From contig CAVQJC010000011.1 of assembly GCA_963712745.1 (NCBI GenBank), positions 337,241 to 401,240 of the forward strand: a stretch of 64,000 nucleotides of DNA, given 5' to 3'. Numbering within the stretch: the first letter of the stretch is position 1; every line of letters begins with the position of its first letter. Both the position numbers and the translations under genes were made by a program. The stretch is from an uncultured Chloroflexia bacterium. Lineage in GTDB: Bacteria; Chloroflexota; Limnocylindria; Limnocylindrales; CSP1-4. Positions 19,053-28,320 of the stretch are shown piece by piece. The notes beneath the pieces are model-generated. The model did no database searches. It worked only from the letters and a program-made list of their open reading frames with translations, and was not told the DNA's origin.

Positions 19053-19961
19053 ATGGGCTACGACTACGGCAACGCCCGGATCGCGGCCAGGCGGGGCCAG
19101 CTGCTCGATCGGGCTGCCATCTCACGCCTCGGCGACTCCGCGACGGCCTCGGCGATGGTGGCGCAGCTGGAGCGTTCGGCGGACTGGGCGCCGATCCTGC
19201 GGCGGGTGGCGCCGCTCGGGACCGACGCCACCGCGGCCTTGGAGACCGCCATCGAGTTCCATCGCTCAGCCCGCCTCGGAGCGCTGCCACCGTTCTACGA
19301 CGGCCAGGACCGCCGCTTCGTCGAGACGCTCGTGCTGCCCCTGGACGCTGAGCGGGCGGTGGCCGTGCTGCGACGCCGACGTGCGGGAGAACCAGCCGAG
19401 GCGATCGCGACCAGCTCCGTGCCAGGCGCCCTGCTCGACGCATCCGCGCTCGCCGCGATGGCTCGCGCACCCGGCCCGGCAGCGGCCCTTCGCCCGCTCG
19501 TGGACCGGGGAGTCATCGCGCGTGCCGACGCGCTGCCGATCATCGCGGCCGAGGCTCGCGGGGCCCGCAGCGCCGAGGTGGAGTCGCTGTTGCTGGCGGC
19601 CATCGATCGCGCGCGCTGGGAACGAGTCAGCGTCGGCGGCGGCGAGGCCGCGGCGCTGCGTCGGCTGCTCGAGCACGAACAGGAAGCCCGGGAGGCGACC
19701 GTCGTCGAGCTCGGGAAGGCCGGTCCGACGCTGGCCACGATGCTGGACCGCACGACCCGCCTGGCCCGACTGGACACGCTTGGCGCGCTCGGTCGGCGCG
19801 ACCTCCTGGGCATCGGGGCCGTGGCGGGGTACGTGGCTGCGGTCGAGGCCCAGGCGATCCGCCTGCGCGCCATGGTCGCCAAGGTCCGGGCGCGCTGGAC
19901 GGCCGAGGACGCCACACCGTACCTGGCCCGGAACGAGAGGTCGACATGGCTCGTGTGGTGA
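19053..19961 (+). CDS. ntpC: A/V-type ATP synthase subunit C (d)
   Basis: YDYGNARIAARRGQLL N-terminal signature, C-terminal GYVAAVEAQAIRLR and operon position. Confidence 0.8.
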   Translation: MGYDYGNARIAARRGQLLDRAAISRLGDSATASAMVAQLERSADWAPILRRVAPLGTDATAALETAIEFHRSARLGALPPFYDGQDRRFVETLVLPLDAERAVAVLRRRRAGEPAEAIATSSVPGALLDASALAAMARAPGPAAALRPLVDRGVIARADALPIIAAEARGARSAEVESLLLAAIDRARWERVSVGGGEAAALRRLLEHEQEAREATVVELGKAGPTLATMLDRTTRLARLDTLGALGRRDLLGIGAVAGYVAAVEAQAIRLRAMVAKVRARWTAEDATPYLARNERSTWLVW

Positions 19962-20278
19962 TCCTCAGCGCCCCGGGTCAAGCCGACGGCTATCGCCTCG
20001 CCGGTTGCTCCACCGTCGTCGCGTCGCCCGGAGCTCAAGCTGCCGCGTCCCTGCGCCACCTTGCCGCAACCTCTGACATCGGCGTGCTGCTCGTCAGCGC
20101 CGACCTCTGGGCGAGCCTCGACGACCGCCTGCGAGGTGACGTCGAGCAGCTGGCCCGACCGGTGGTCATGCCCATCCCGGAGGGCGAACGCACGCCCGGG
20201 GCGGCTCGAGTGCAGCTGCTCGGCGAGATGTTCCAGCGGGCGATCGGCTTTCGCATCCAGATCAGCGGCGGAGAATGA
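19946..20278 (+). CDS. ntpF: A/V-type ATP synthase subunit F
   Basis: ADGYRLAG, PVVMPIP and RAIGF motifs. Confidence 0.85.
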   Translation: MARVVILSAPGQADGYRLAGCSTVVASPGAQAAASLRHLAATSDIGVLLVSADLWASLDDRLRGDVEQLARPVVMPIPEGERTPGAARVQLLGEMFQRAIGFRIQISGGE

Positions 20279-23200
20279 TGAGCGACGAGCGTGCTCGCGG
20301 GACGGACGGAGCGGCGATCGTCGCCGCCAGCGGCCCGGTAGTGCGCGCGCGCATCCCGGCCTCGGCGGTCATCGGCGAGGTCGCGCGCGTGGGTCCGCAG
20401 CGACTGCTTGCCGAGGTCATCCATGTCGACGGCGAGGTCGGCACGCTCCAGGTCTACGAGGAGACCCAGGGGTTGCGCATCGGGGATCCGGTGTACCTGA
20501 GCGGCGCGCCCCTCGTCGCGTGGCTGGGTCCCGGCATGCTGGGACGGGTCTACGACGGGCTGCAGCGACCTCTCGATGCCTTCGCCGCGGCGGGCATCTG
20601 GCTGCTCCTGCCGGGAGCCACCGCGGATCCCGCGCGTGACGGCGCGTCGGGCAGGGACGCCACGCCCGCCGCGGTCGCTCTCGGCGACGCTCGCTGGGAC
20701 TTCCGTCCGACCGCGCAGCCGGGCCAGACCGTCGGTCCCGGCGACATCATCGGCGAGGTGACCGAGGGCGGCCTGCGTCACGCGGTGACCGTGCCGCCGG
20801 GGGTCGGCCCCGGCCGCTTGAGCGCGCTCGATGCGGGCGCCTACACCGTGCACGATGAGATCGGCAGCCTCGATGGGTCCTCGGGTCCGGTCGCGCTTCG
20901 GCTGGCCCATCCGTGGCCGCTCCGGTCGGCCCGCCCGGTAGCACGACACCTGCCCCTGGACCGTCCGCTGGTGACCGGCCAGCGCGTGATCGACATGCTG
21001 TATCCGGTCGCGCGCGGCGGCACGGCCGTCATCCCGGGCGGGTTCGGCACCGGCAAGACCGTCGTGGAACAGCAGCTCGCCCGCTGGTCCGACGCCGACG
21101 TCGTCGTGTATGTCGGCTGCGGAGAGCGTGGCAACGAGATGGCCGAGCTCCTCACGACGTTCCCAGAGCTCCAGGATCCACGCTCGGGCGTGCCCCTGCT
21201 CGAGCGAACTGTCCTGATCGCCAACACCTCGAACATGCCTGTGGCCGCACGCGAGGCCTCGGTCCAGCTGGGCATGACGATCGCTGAGTACTTCCGTGAC
21301 CAGGGACTGCACGTCGCGTTGCTCACCGACTCCACCTCGCGCTGGGCTGAGGCGCTGCGAGAGATCAGCGGACGGCTCGAGGAGCTGCCGGGAGAGGAGG
21401 GCTTCCCGGCCTACCTGGGCAGCCGGCTGGCGAGATTCTACGAGCGCACCGGTCAGGTCGAAACGCTCGGCGAGCCTGCACGCACGGGTTCGGTGACACT
21501 CGTCGCCGCGGTCTCGCCACCGGGCGGCGACTTCTCCGAGCCTGTGACCCAGGCGAGCCTGCGCCTGGCGGGCACGTTCTGGGCGCTAGACCCGGAGCTG
21601 GCACACGCACGTCACTTCCCTGCCATCGGCTGGGACCGGTCCTACTCGCTGTACGTCGATGCACTCGCGGCCTGGTATGCCGATACGCTGGACCTCGGTT
21701 GGTGGGAACTCCGCTCGACCGCGGTGGAGCTGCTGGCGCGTGAGAAGGGGCTGCTCGATATCGTTGCGCTCGTCGGCGCCGACGCCTTGCCCGACCATGA
21801 TCGTGCGCTGTTGGAGGTTGCGCGCCTGCTGCGTGAGTCGTTCCTCCAGCAGGGCGCATTCGATCCGGTCGATTCGGCCCGCCCGCTCGACGAGCAGGTG
21901 CTTCTGCTGGACGCGGTGCTCGCGGCTCAGGGGTACCTGGATCGTGCCCTCGACGCCGGCGAGACCCTCGAAGCTGCCCTCTCGTCCAAGGCCATCGCCG
22001 ATCTGCGGCGCGCCAAGGAGCTCAGTGGCCTTGACGTCGCGGGGCGACTCGCCGCCCTCGCCGCCCGCCTGCGCGAAGACGGGAACGCGGCGACCCAAGA
22101 CCTCGCCAGTGACGGAGGGGAGGGTGGCGCTGCGGCTGGCGAGGATGCCGATGTCACGACGCAGCCCGAGCCCCCGGCTCCGGCCGACGGCGCCGCTCCG
22201 GGCACCGAGCACCCAGCGGATGTACCGGAGCCAGAGCCTACGCATCGGGGTGAAGCGCGTGCCGACGCGATGCCTCGGCAGCTGTCAGCCCGAAGTGGTC
22301 CCGCGTCCGCCGTCAGGTCACTCTCGGAGCACCGCCTGACCGGGGCTGATCGTCTCGTAGGCCCACTGCTCGTGCTGCGCCGGTCGCCACGCATGGCACT
22401 CGGCGAGGACGTCACCGTGCGCGCCGGTGACGGCACGCTTCGGCATGGGCAGATCGCCGAGCTCGACGAGGACGTCGCCGTCATCCAGGTCTACGAGGGT
22501 ACCGCTGGGCTGGACCTCGAGTCTGCCCAGGTGCAGCTCTCCGGCGACACGTTCCGGCTGGGCGTCTCGGGCGCCATGCTCGGCCGGGTGCTCGACGGGC
22601 GTGGCCGCCCCATCGACGACGGCCCGTCGATCGTGCCGCTGCGGCTCGCGGACGTGAACGGCGGCGCCATCAACCCGGCGTCGCGCGATCACCCGGAGGA
22701 CTTCATCGAAACCGGCATCAGCACGATCGACCTGATGGCCTCGCTCGTGTGCGGTCAGAAGCTGCCGATCTTCACCGGCTCCGGCTTGCCGGCCAACGAG
22801 CTGGCCGCCCGCATCGCGACCGGTGCGCGCATGCTGGGCGAAGAGCGCTTCGTGACGGTCTTCGCGGCCATGGGCATCACGCGCCGTGAAGCGGACGGGT
22901 TCCGTGACGCCTTCGCCAGCTCCGGCGTGCTCGACCGCATCGCGGTGTTCCTCAATCTCGCTGACGACCCGGCCATCGAGCGACTCCTGACACCCCGCTG
23001 TGCCCTGACGCTTGCCGAGCATCTCGCCTTCGAGCTCGGGCTCAATGTCCTCGTCGTGATGACCGATGTGCTCGCCTACGGCGAGGCGCTGCGCGAACTG
23101 TCGACCGCGCGCGAGGAGATCCCCGGTCGCCGAGGCTACCCGGGCTACCTGTATACCGATCTCGCGACGTTGTTCGAGCGTGCCGGCCGCGTCCGTGGCC

Positions 23201-23745
23201 TGCCGGGCTCGGTCACAGTGCTACCGATCGTGACGCTCCCCGACGATGACATCACCCACCCCATCCCCGACCTCACCGGGTACATCACCGAGGGCCAGAT
23301 CGTGCTCTCACGTGAGCTGTGGGGCCGATCGATCGCACCGCCTGTCGACGTCCTGCCCTGCCTCTCGCGCGTCATGAACGCGGGCATCGGCGAAGGCCAG
23401 ACGCGTCCGGAGCATCGGATCGTAGCGGATCAGCTCTACGCTGCCTATGCGCACGGCCGCTCGCTGCGGCAGCTCGTGACGGTCATCGGAGAGGCTGCGC
23501 TGAGCGACAGCGAGCGCGGCGTTCTGGCGTTCGCAGATGCCTTCGAGCATCGACTCGTCAGCCAGGGACGTGAGCGACGAACCCTCGACGAGTCATTCGA
23601 CGCCGCCTGGGCCATCCTGCTTGAGTTGCCCGACGAGCAGCTCACCCGCATCCCGGCCAACGTCCTTGCCCGCCGCCGGGCCAGCCGAGCACGCAGCGCT
23701 GCGAGCGAGGACCATACCGATCCGCCAGCGAGTCCGGCGCCGTGA
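20275..23745 (+). CDS. ntpAB: A/V-type ATP synthase subunits A and B in one ORF
   Basis: A part: GGFGTGKT, GCGERGNEM, NTSNMPVAAREAS, EEGFPAYL. Then an ~85-aa Pro/acidic linker. B part: GQKLPIF, PGRRGYPGY, DDITHPIPDLTGYITEGQ. Confidence 0.88.
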   Translation: MMSDERARGTDGAAIVAASGPVVRARIPASAVIGEVARVGPQRLLAEVIHVDGEVGTLQVYEETQGLRIGDPVYLSGAPLVAWLGPGMLGRVYDGLQRPLDAFAAAGIWLLLPGATADPARDGASGRDATPAAVALGDARWDFRPTAQPGQTVGPGDIIGEVTEGGLRHAVTVPPGVGPGRLSALDAGAYTVHDEIGSLDGSSGPVALRLAHPWPLRSARPVARHLPLDRPLVTGQRVIDMLYPVARGGTAVIPGGFGTGKTVVEQQLARWSDADVVVYVGCGERGNEMAELLTTFPELQDPRSGVPLLERTVLIANTSNMPVAAREASVQLGMTIAEYFRDQGLHVALLTDSTSRWAEALREISGRLEELPGEEGFPAYLGSRLARFYERTGQVETLGEPARTGSVTLVAAVSPPGGDFSEPVTQASLRLAGTFWALDPELAHARHFPAIGWDRSYSLYVDALAAWYADTLDLGWWELRSTAVELLAREKGLLDIVALVGADALPDHDRALLEVARLLRESFLQQGAFDPVDSARPLDEQVLLLDAVLAAQGYLDRALDAGETLEAALSSKAIADLRRAKELSGLDVAGRLAALAARLREDGNAATQDLASDGGEGGAAAGEDADVTTQPEPPAPADGAAPGTEHPADVPEPEPTHRGEARADAMPRQLSARSGPASAVRSLSEHRLTGADRLVGPLLVLRRSPRMALGEDVTVRAGDGTLRHGQIAELDEDVAVIQVYEGTAGLDLESAQVQLSGDTFRLGVSGAMLGRVLDGRGRPIDDGPSIVPLRLADVNGGAINPASRDHPEDFIETGISTIDLMASLVCGQKLPIFTGSGLPANELAARIATGARMLGEERFVTVFAAMGITRREADGFRDAFASSGVLDRIAVFLNLADDPAIERLLTPRCALTLAEHLAFELGLNVLVVMTDVLAYGEALRELSTAREEIPGRRGYPGYLYTDLATLFERAGRVRGLPGSVTVLPIVTLPDDDITHPIPDLTGYITEGQIVLSRELWGRSIAPPVDVLPCLSRVMNAGIGEGQTRPEHRIVADQLYAAYAHGRSLRQLVTVIGEAALSDSERGVLAFADAFEHRLVSQGRERRTLDESFDAAWAILLELPDEQLTRIPANVLARRRASRARSAASEDHTDPPASPAP

Positions 23746-24380
23746 CACGCCCGCGGACGCGGATGGAGTTGCTCGCGGTGCGATCACGCCTCGACCTGGC
23801 GAGGCAGGGCCGGGATCTCCTGGAGCAGAAGCGAGACGCGCTCATGCACGAGTTCTATCGTGAGGTGCGGACCGTCTACGCAGCCCACGAGGAGCTCGAG
23901 GTGGCCGCTGGCGCAGCCCGGCACGCGCTCGAAGAGGCGCGCGTGCTCCTGGGCACGGACACCATCTCTGCGGCCGCGACCGAGGCAGTCGGCGAGATCA
24001 ACGTGGATGTACAGCTGGTGACGGTGATGGGCGTGCATGTCCCGGCCGTCAGTTCGCGCGACCTGGTGCGCACCCCGGCCGATCGCGGCCGTGCGCCGGC
24101 GGTGTCCGGCCCGGCGCTCGAGATGGCGGCGGAGGCGCACGAGCACGAGATCACCGTCGCGATCAAGGTGGCCTCGCTGGAGGCGCGCGCGCGTCGGCTG
24201 GCTCGCGAGATCCGGCGCACTTCCAGCCGTGTCAATGCCCTCCGAACGAGGGTCATCCCACACCTCGAGGCGGAGATGAGGGCGATCTCGCTGGCACTCG
24301 AGCAACACGAGCGTGACGACCGCTTCCGGCTGAAGCGGGTGAAGTCGCGGCGCGATCCGACCAAGGCCAAGATCCGGTAG
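23742..24380 (+). CDS. ntpD: A/V-type ATP synthase subunit D
   Basis: TRMELL, GRDLLEQKRDAL, RRTSSRVNAL and RFRLKRVK. Confidence 0.92.
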   Translation: MTRPRTRMELLAVRSRLDLARQGRDLLEQKRDALMHEFYREVRTVYAAHEELEVAAGAARHALEEARVLLGTDTISAAATEAVGEINVDVQLVTVMGVHVPAVSSRDLVRTPADRGRAPAVSGPALEMAAEAHEHEITVAIKVASLEARARRLAREIRRTSSRVNALRTRVIPHLEAEMRAISLALEQHERDDRFRLKRVKSRRDPTKAKIR

Positions 24381-24700
24381 CCGGAGTGGGTCATGGCCGC
24401 CGTGCCGATGGCGTAGAGCGCCGCGACGACCGGCTCCGGTCCGGATCGGGAATCGCCGGGCGATATCTCGGCTCTACGTGGCCGACGCCGCCAAGGACCG
24501 GTCGCGACAGCGGCCGGTCACCGCCCACCCACGGATGTGCGCGGGCGGCCGGGGACGGGCACCGTGACGGCGGTCTTTCCTACCACGGCCCGACATATGG
24601 GAGGGCTCGAAGCGCGTGCGCACACCGCTGTCGCCGTCTTTCGATCTCGTATCGCTGCCCTGTCCCTGACTTCGGCACAGCCCCTACCGTCAGGGCGCGG

Positions 24701-24928
24701 CTATGACGGCCAGTTGTGCCTGTTCGCTGTCAGGAACGATCGCACCGATTGCCTCGCCGAGCCGGCCAGCTCGTCCGCCGAGTCCAATTCCTCCCAGATC
24801 GGGTCGTCGAGTGCGGGTGGCCCCTCGAGCTTCCTGAGCCGATCAACGAGGCGCTGGCGCACAGCCTCTGCCTCAGTCCACTCCTCGATGAGTTCCGTGT
24901 ACTCCTCCTCGAGACGCTTCTCAGTCAA
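24701..24928 (-). CDS. Small helical hypothetical protein
   Basis: Strong SD (AGGAGGTGA) just before the TTG start; charged amphipathic sequence. Confidence 0.5.
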   Translation of the reverse strand: MTEKRLEEEYTELIEEWTEAEAVRQRLVDRLRKLEGPPALDDPIWEELDSADELAGSARQSVRSFLTANRHNWPS

Positions 24929-25275
24929 ACCTCACCTCCTAGGCGGTCTCTCTCGGTAGGGCAAGAGTCATCGTCGCGACAGCCACGAATGTGGCCCGTC
25001 ATCATCGGACCTGACGCGAGGGTACCCAGCGACGGGTGGGCCGACCTCACGCCGCGACGCGCCAGCCCTCCGTCAAGTCCGGCGACCCGCGGATGGCCCG
25101 TCCCCATGAGCAAGAACGCTGCAAGCGCACCACGACCATCCGTGCTGCAGTAGACGCTCTTGGTCGGCGCGAGGCCGATCTCGAGGCTATCGGGCAGTCG
25201 ACGAGCGCAAGCTGGGTCCGTGACGAGTTCCGAGGCCAGGACCAGCCAGGGAGCCGTCGTCTCTGTGTCCGTCAT
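24925..25275 (-). pseudogene. Probable degenerate rhodanese-domain remnant
   Basis: SVYCSTDGRGALAAFLL..G...VAGLDGGL resembles the rhodanese active-site loop and C-terminal LxGG signature. The N-terminal part is unrecognisable. Confidence 0.45.
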
Positions 25276-25541
25276 CGGCTGCGTGCCTCCTGCTCCCACA
25301 TGCCTCGACGCCTACATCAACATCCACCCGATGTCACTCCGCTCTTCCCGATGGGTCAAGTGCCGGAAGTCATCGCGAGCCCACACCATTGAGTATCGGC
25401 CGGGGGCGATCGGTTTCGAACTCTGGGTCCTTTGGGCTGTCCACGCAGGGTCATAGGGTCCTTGTTCTTCTCGCCAGTCGTGTTTACGTAAGCCTTGGGT
25501 CACTGGCGGCTCGGTTCGCTGGCCCGATATCGGAGGCGAAG

Positions 25542-26327
25542 ATGAAGATCGCCGTCTCCGGCAAAGGTGGTGCCGGAAAGACCACTCTCGCGGCGCTCGC
25601 TGTCGCCGAGTTGCTACGGCGCGGTGTCAGCGTGACCGCGATCGACGCGGATCCGAACCCGTCCCTGGCGCCCTGCCTCGGCATCTCGGCAACGCCCACC
25701 CCGCTGCTGGAGATGTCCGACGAGATCGAGGCACGGGTCGGCAGCGGCGTGATCCGCCTCAACCCCCGTGTCGACGACCTCGTGGAGCGCCTCGCGGTCA
25801 CCCAGGATGGCCTGCAGCTCATGGTGGCCGGCGGCCCCGTCCGTGGTGGCGCGGGCTGCGCCTGTCCGCAGAGCGTGCTGCTGCGCCAGCTGCTGGAGCA
25901 CGTCGTGGTGGGCCTGGAAGAGGCGGTCGTCATCGACCTCGAAGCCGGCCTCGAGCATCTGGGACGACGAACCGCGCACGCAGCGGACGCGCTTCTCGTC
26001 GTCGTCGACCCAACCAACTCCAGCGTCGAGACCGCGCAGCGCATCGCGCGGCTTGCCGCTGATATCGATCTCCGTCGCGTGGCCCTGGTCGCCAACCGCA
26101 TCGTCGATCCCAGCGACCTCGCATTCATCAAGGAACGGCTGCCCGGGCTCGAGCTGGTCGGGGAGATCCCCTTCAGTCAAGAGATCCTGGTGGCCGAGCG
26201 AGATCGACGGCCACTCCTCGACCTCGGCGGACCCGCCGCTGCGGCGGTAGCCCAGATGCTTGATGCCCTGGCTGCCGACGTGCCCATACCAGCTGCAACC
26301 GAATCCCCCGAAGAGGTGACATCGTGA
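25542..26327 (+). CDS. cooC: CO dehydrogenase nickel-insertion ATPase
   Basis: MKIAVSGKGGAGKTT, DADP, GCACP and DLEAGLEHLGR. Confidence 0.92.
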   Translation: MKIAVSGKGGAGKTTLAALAVAELLRRGVSVTAIDADPNPSLAPCLGISATPTPLLEMSDEIEARVGSGVIRLNPRVDDLVERLAVTQDGLQLMVAGGPVRGGAGCACPQSVLLRQLLEHVVVGLEEAVVIDLEAGLEHLGRRTAHAADALLVVVDPTNSSVETAQRIARLAADIDLRRVALVANRIVDPSDLAFIKERLPGLELVGEIPFSQEILVAERDRRPLLDLGGPAAAAVAQMLDALAADVPIPAATESPEEVTS

Positions 26328-28288
26328 ACGAGCCGCAAGCCCCCATTCCGCGCACCGACCCCGCCAGCGTGGAGATGCGAGAGCGCGCCAAGGCAGAGGG
26401 CGTGGAGACGATCTGGGATCGCTACGCCGCCCTCGGCACGCAGTGCAAGGTCGGCGAGCTGGGTATCTGCTGCACGGTCTGCCACCTGGGGCCCTGCAAC
26501 CTGGGTCTCCCGGGGAGCAGGCGGCCACAGGTCGGAGTCTGCGGAGCGACGATCCACACCGTTGCCTCCCGTCGCCTCGCCCGCGACATGGCTGCTGGTT
26601 CCGCGGCCCACTCCGATCACGGTCGCTCCGTCGCCTCGCTACTGCTGCAGGCCGCACGTGGAGAGGCACCGGGCTACGAGATCAAGGATGAGGCCAAGCT
26701 GGATTCCCTGGCCGACGAGCTGGGCATCGAGCGCGAGGGCAAGTCGGTCGAGCAGGTCGCCGAAGCGGTGGCACTGGGTTGCCTCGCCCAGTTCGGGGCG
26801 CAGGAGGATGGCGTTACCTTCATCCGACGCGCCCCGCAGAAGCAGCAGGAGGACTGGAAGAAGCTGGACATCACGCCCCGGGGCATCGACCGTGAGATCG
26901 TCGACGTCATGCATCGCACCAACATGGGAGTCGACGCCGACTACAAGTCCATGATCCTCGGCGGCATGCGCAGTACGCTGGCGGACGGCTGGGGCGGTTC
27001 GATGATCGCGACCGACCTTCAGGACGTCCTCTTCGGCACGCCCAAGCCAGTCCGGGCCGATGTCAACCTCGGTGTCCTCAGCGAGGACGAGGTCAACATC
27101 CTCCTGCACGGGCATGAGCCGGCGCTGGCCGAGGCCATCGTCGACGTGGCCAACGACCCGGCCATGCAGGAGAAGGCCACGGAAGTGGGCGCCAGCGGCA
27201 TCAACATCGCAGGCATCTGCTGCACCGCCAACGAGGTCCTGATGCGGCGGGGCCTGCCCATCGCCGGCAACTTCCTGCAGCAGGAGCTGGCCATCACCAC
27301 CGGGGCCGTGGAGTCGATCCTCATCGACGTCCAGTGCATCATGCCCGGGGTAACGCAGGCTGCCGGCTGCTTCCACACCGACGTCATCGCCACCTCCGAA
27401 CAGGCCTTCTACCCGGGCACGATCCACATCGGCTTCGAGGCCGAGAGCGCCTACGAGGACGCCCGCAAGATCGTAGGTCGAGCCGTCGACAACTTCGTCA
27501 ACCGCGACAAGAGCCGCGTCAGCATCCCCCATCACACCATGGACGTGGTGGCCGGCTTCACGACCGAGTCGATCAACCGGGAGCTGGGCGGTAGGTACCG
27601 GGGTGGCTACCGCCCCCTCAACGACGGCATCATGGCCGGGCGCATCCGGGGCGTGGCCGCGGTGGTCGGGTGCGATTCGCCCAAGATCACCCAGGATCAG
27701 GGTCACCTCGACCTCGTCCTCGAGCTCATCCGGCGTGACATCCTGGTGGCCCAGACGGGCTGCTCGGCCATCGTGTGCGGCAAGGCCGGCCTCCTCCGGC
27801 CCGAGGCCGCCATGGAATACGCCGGCCGCGGCCTCCAGGAGATCTGCGAGGCCGTGGGCATCCCGCCTGTGCTCCACGTCGGCTCCTGCGTCGACAACAG
27901 CCGTCTCCTGACGGTCTGCACGCAGATGGTCAATGAGGGCGGCGTGGGCAAGGACTTCACCGAGCTGCCGGTCGCCGCCGCCGCCCCCGGCTGGTGGTCG
28001 GAGAAGGCCATCGCCATCGGCTTCTACGCCGTGGCCTCCGGCCTCCTGACCGTGCTGGGGTCTCCGCTCAACATCCTCGGCAGCGACGCTGTGACGCAGT
28101 TCGTGACCAAGGACCTCGAGGATCTTACCGGCGGTCGCTTCGCCTTCGAGCCCGATGCCGCTGCGGCGGCCGAGCTCATGGCCGCCCACATCGATCGCAA
28201 GCGGGAGGCACTCAAGCTGCGTCCCATGATGTACGAGCCCGTGCCGGTCGCCCCCGCTCCAGTCCAAGCACCCGTCGCAGCCGCCTGA
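26324..28288 (+). CDS. cooS: Anaerobic Ni,Fe CO dehydrogenase catalytic subunit
   Basis: D/B cluster Cys (QCKVGELGICCTVCHLGPC, VCGA). C-cluster ligands HGHEP, CCTANE, DVQC, VGC, TGCS and GSCVDN, plus SEKA. Confidence 0.96.
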   Translation: MNEPQAPIPRTDPASVEMRERAKAEGVETIWDRYAALGTQCKVGELGICCTVCHLGPCNLGLPGSRRPQVGVCGATIHTVASRRLARDMAAGSAAHSDHGRSVASLLLQAARGEAPGYEIKDEAKLDSLADELGIEREGKSVEQVAEAVALGCLAQFGAQEDGVTFIRRAPQKQQEDWKKLDITPRGIDREIVDVMHRTNMGVDADYKSMILGGMRSTLADGWGGSMIATDLQDVLFGTPKPVRADVNLGVLSEDEVNILLHGHEPALAEAIVDVANDPAMQEKATEVGASGINIAGICCTANEVLMRRGLPIAGNFLQQELAITTGAVESILIDVQCIMPGVTQAAGCFHTDVIATSEQAFYPGTIHIGFEAESAYEDARKIVGRAVDNFVNRDKSRVSIPHHTMDVVAGFTTESINRELGGRYRGGYRPLNDGIMAGRIRGVAAVVGCDSPKITQDQGHLDLVLELIRRDILVAQTGCSAIVCGKAGLLRPEAAMEYAGRGLQEICEAVGIPPVLHVGSCVDNSRLLTVCTQMVNEGGVGKDFTELPVAAAAPGWWSEKAIAIGFYAVASGLLTVLGSPLNILGSDAVTQFVTKDLEDLTGGRFAFEPDAAAAAELMAAHIDRKREALKLRPMMYEPVPVAPAPVQAPVAAA

Positions 28289-28320
28289 GCAGAGGTAGCG
28301 CCTGAGGAGAGGCAGGAGAG

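Noticed and set aside
22075-22325. Intein in the ATPase A-B ORF
   Set aside because: No C/S...HN-C/S/T splice motifs. The segment is a low-complexity linker between domains, not at the P-loop insertion site.
24385-24700. Cobalamin riboswitch or other ncRNA (also checked 7313-7478 and 15560-15870)
   Set aside because: GC-rich hairpins are possible but I could not recognise a B12 box or other motif. An Rfam scan would be needed.
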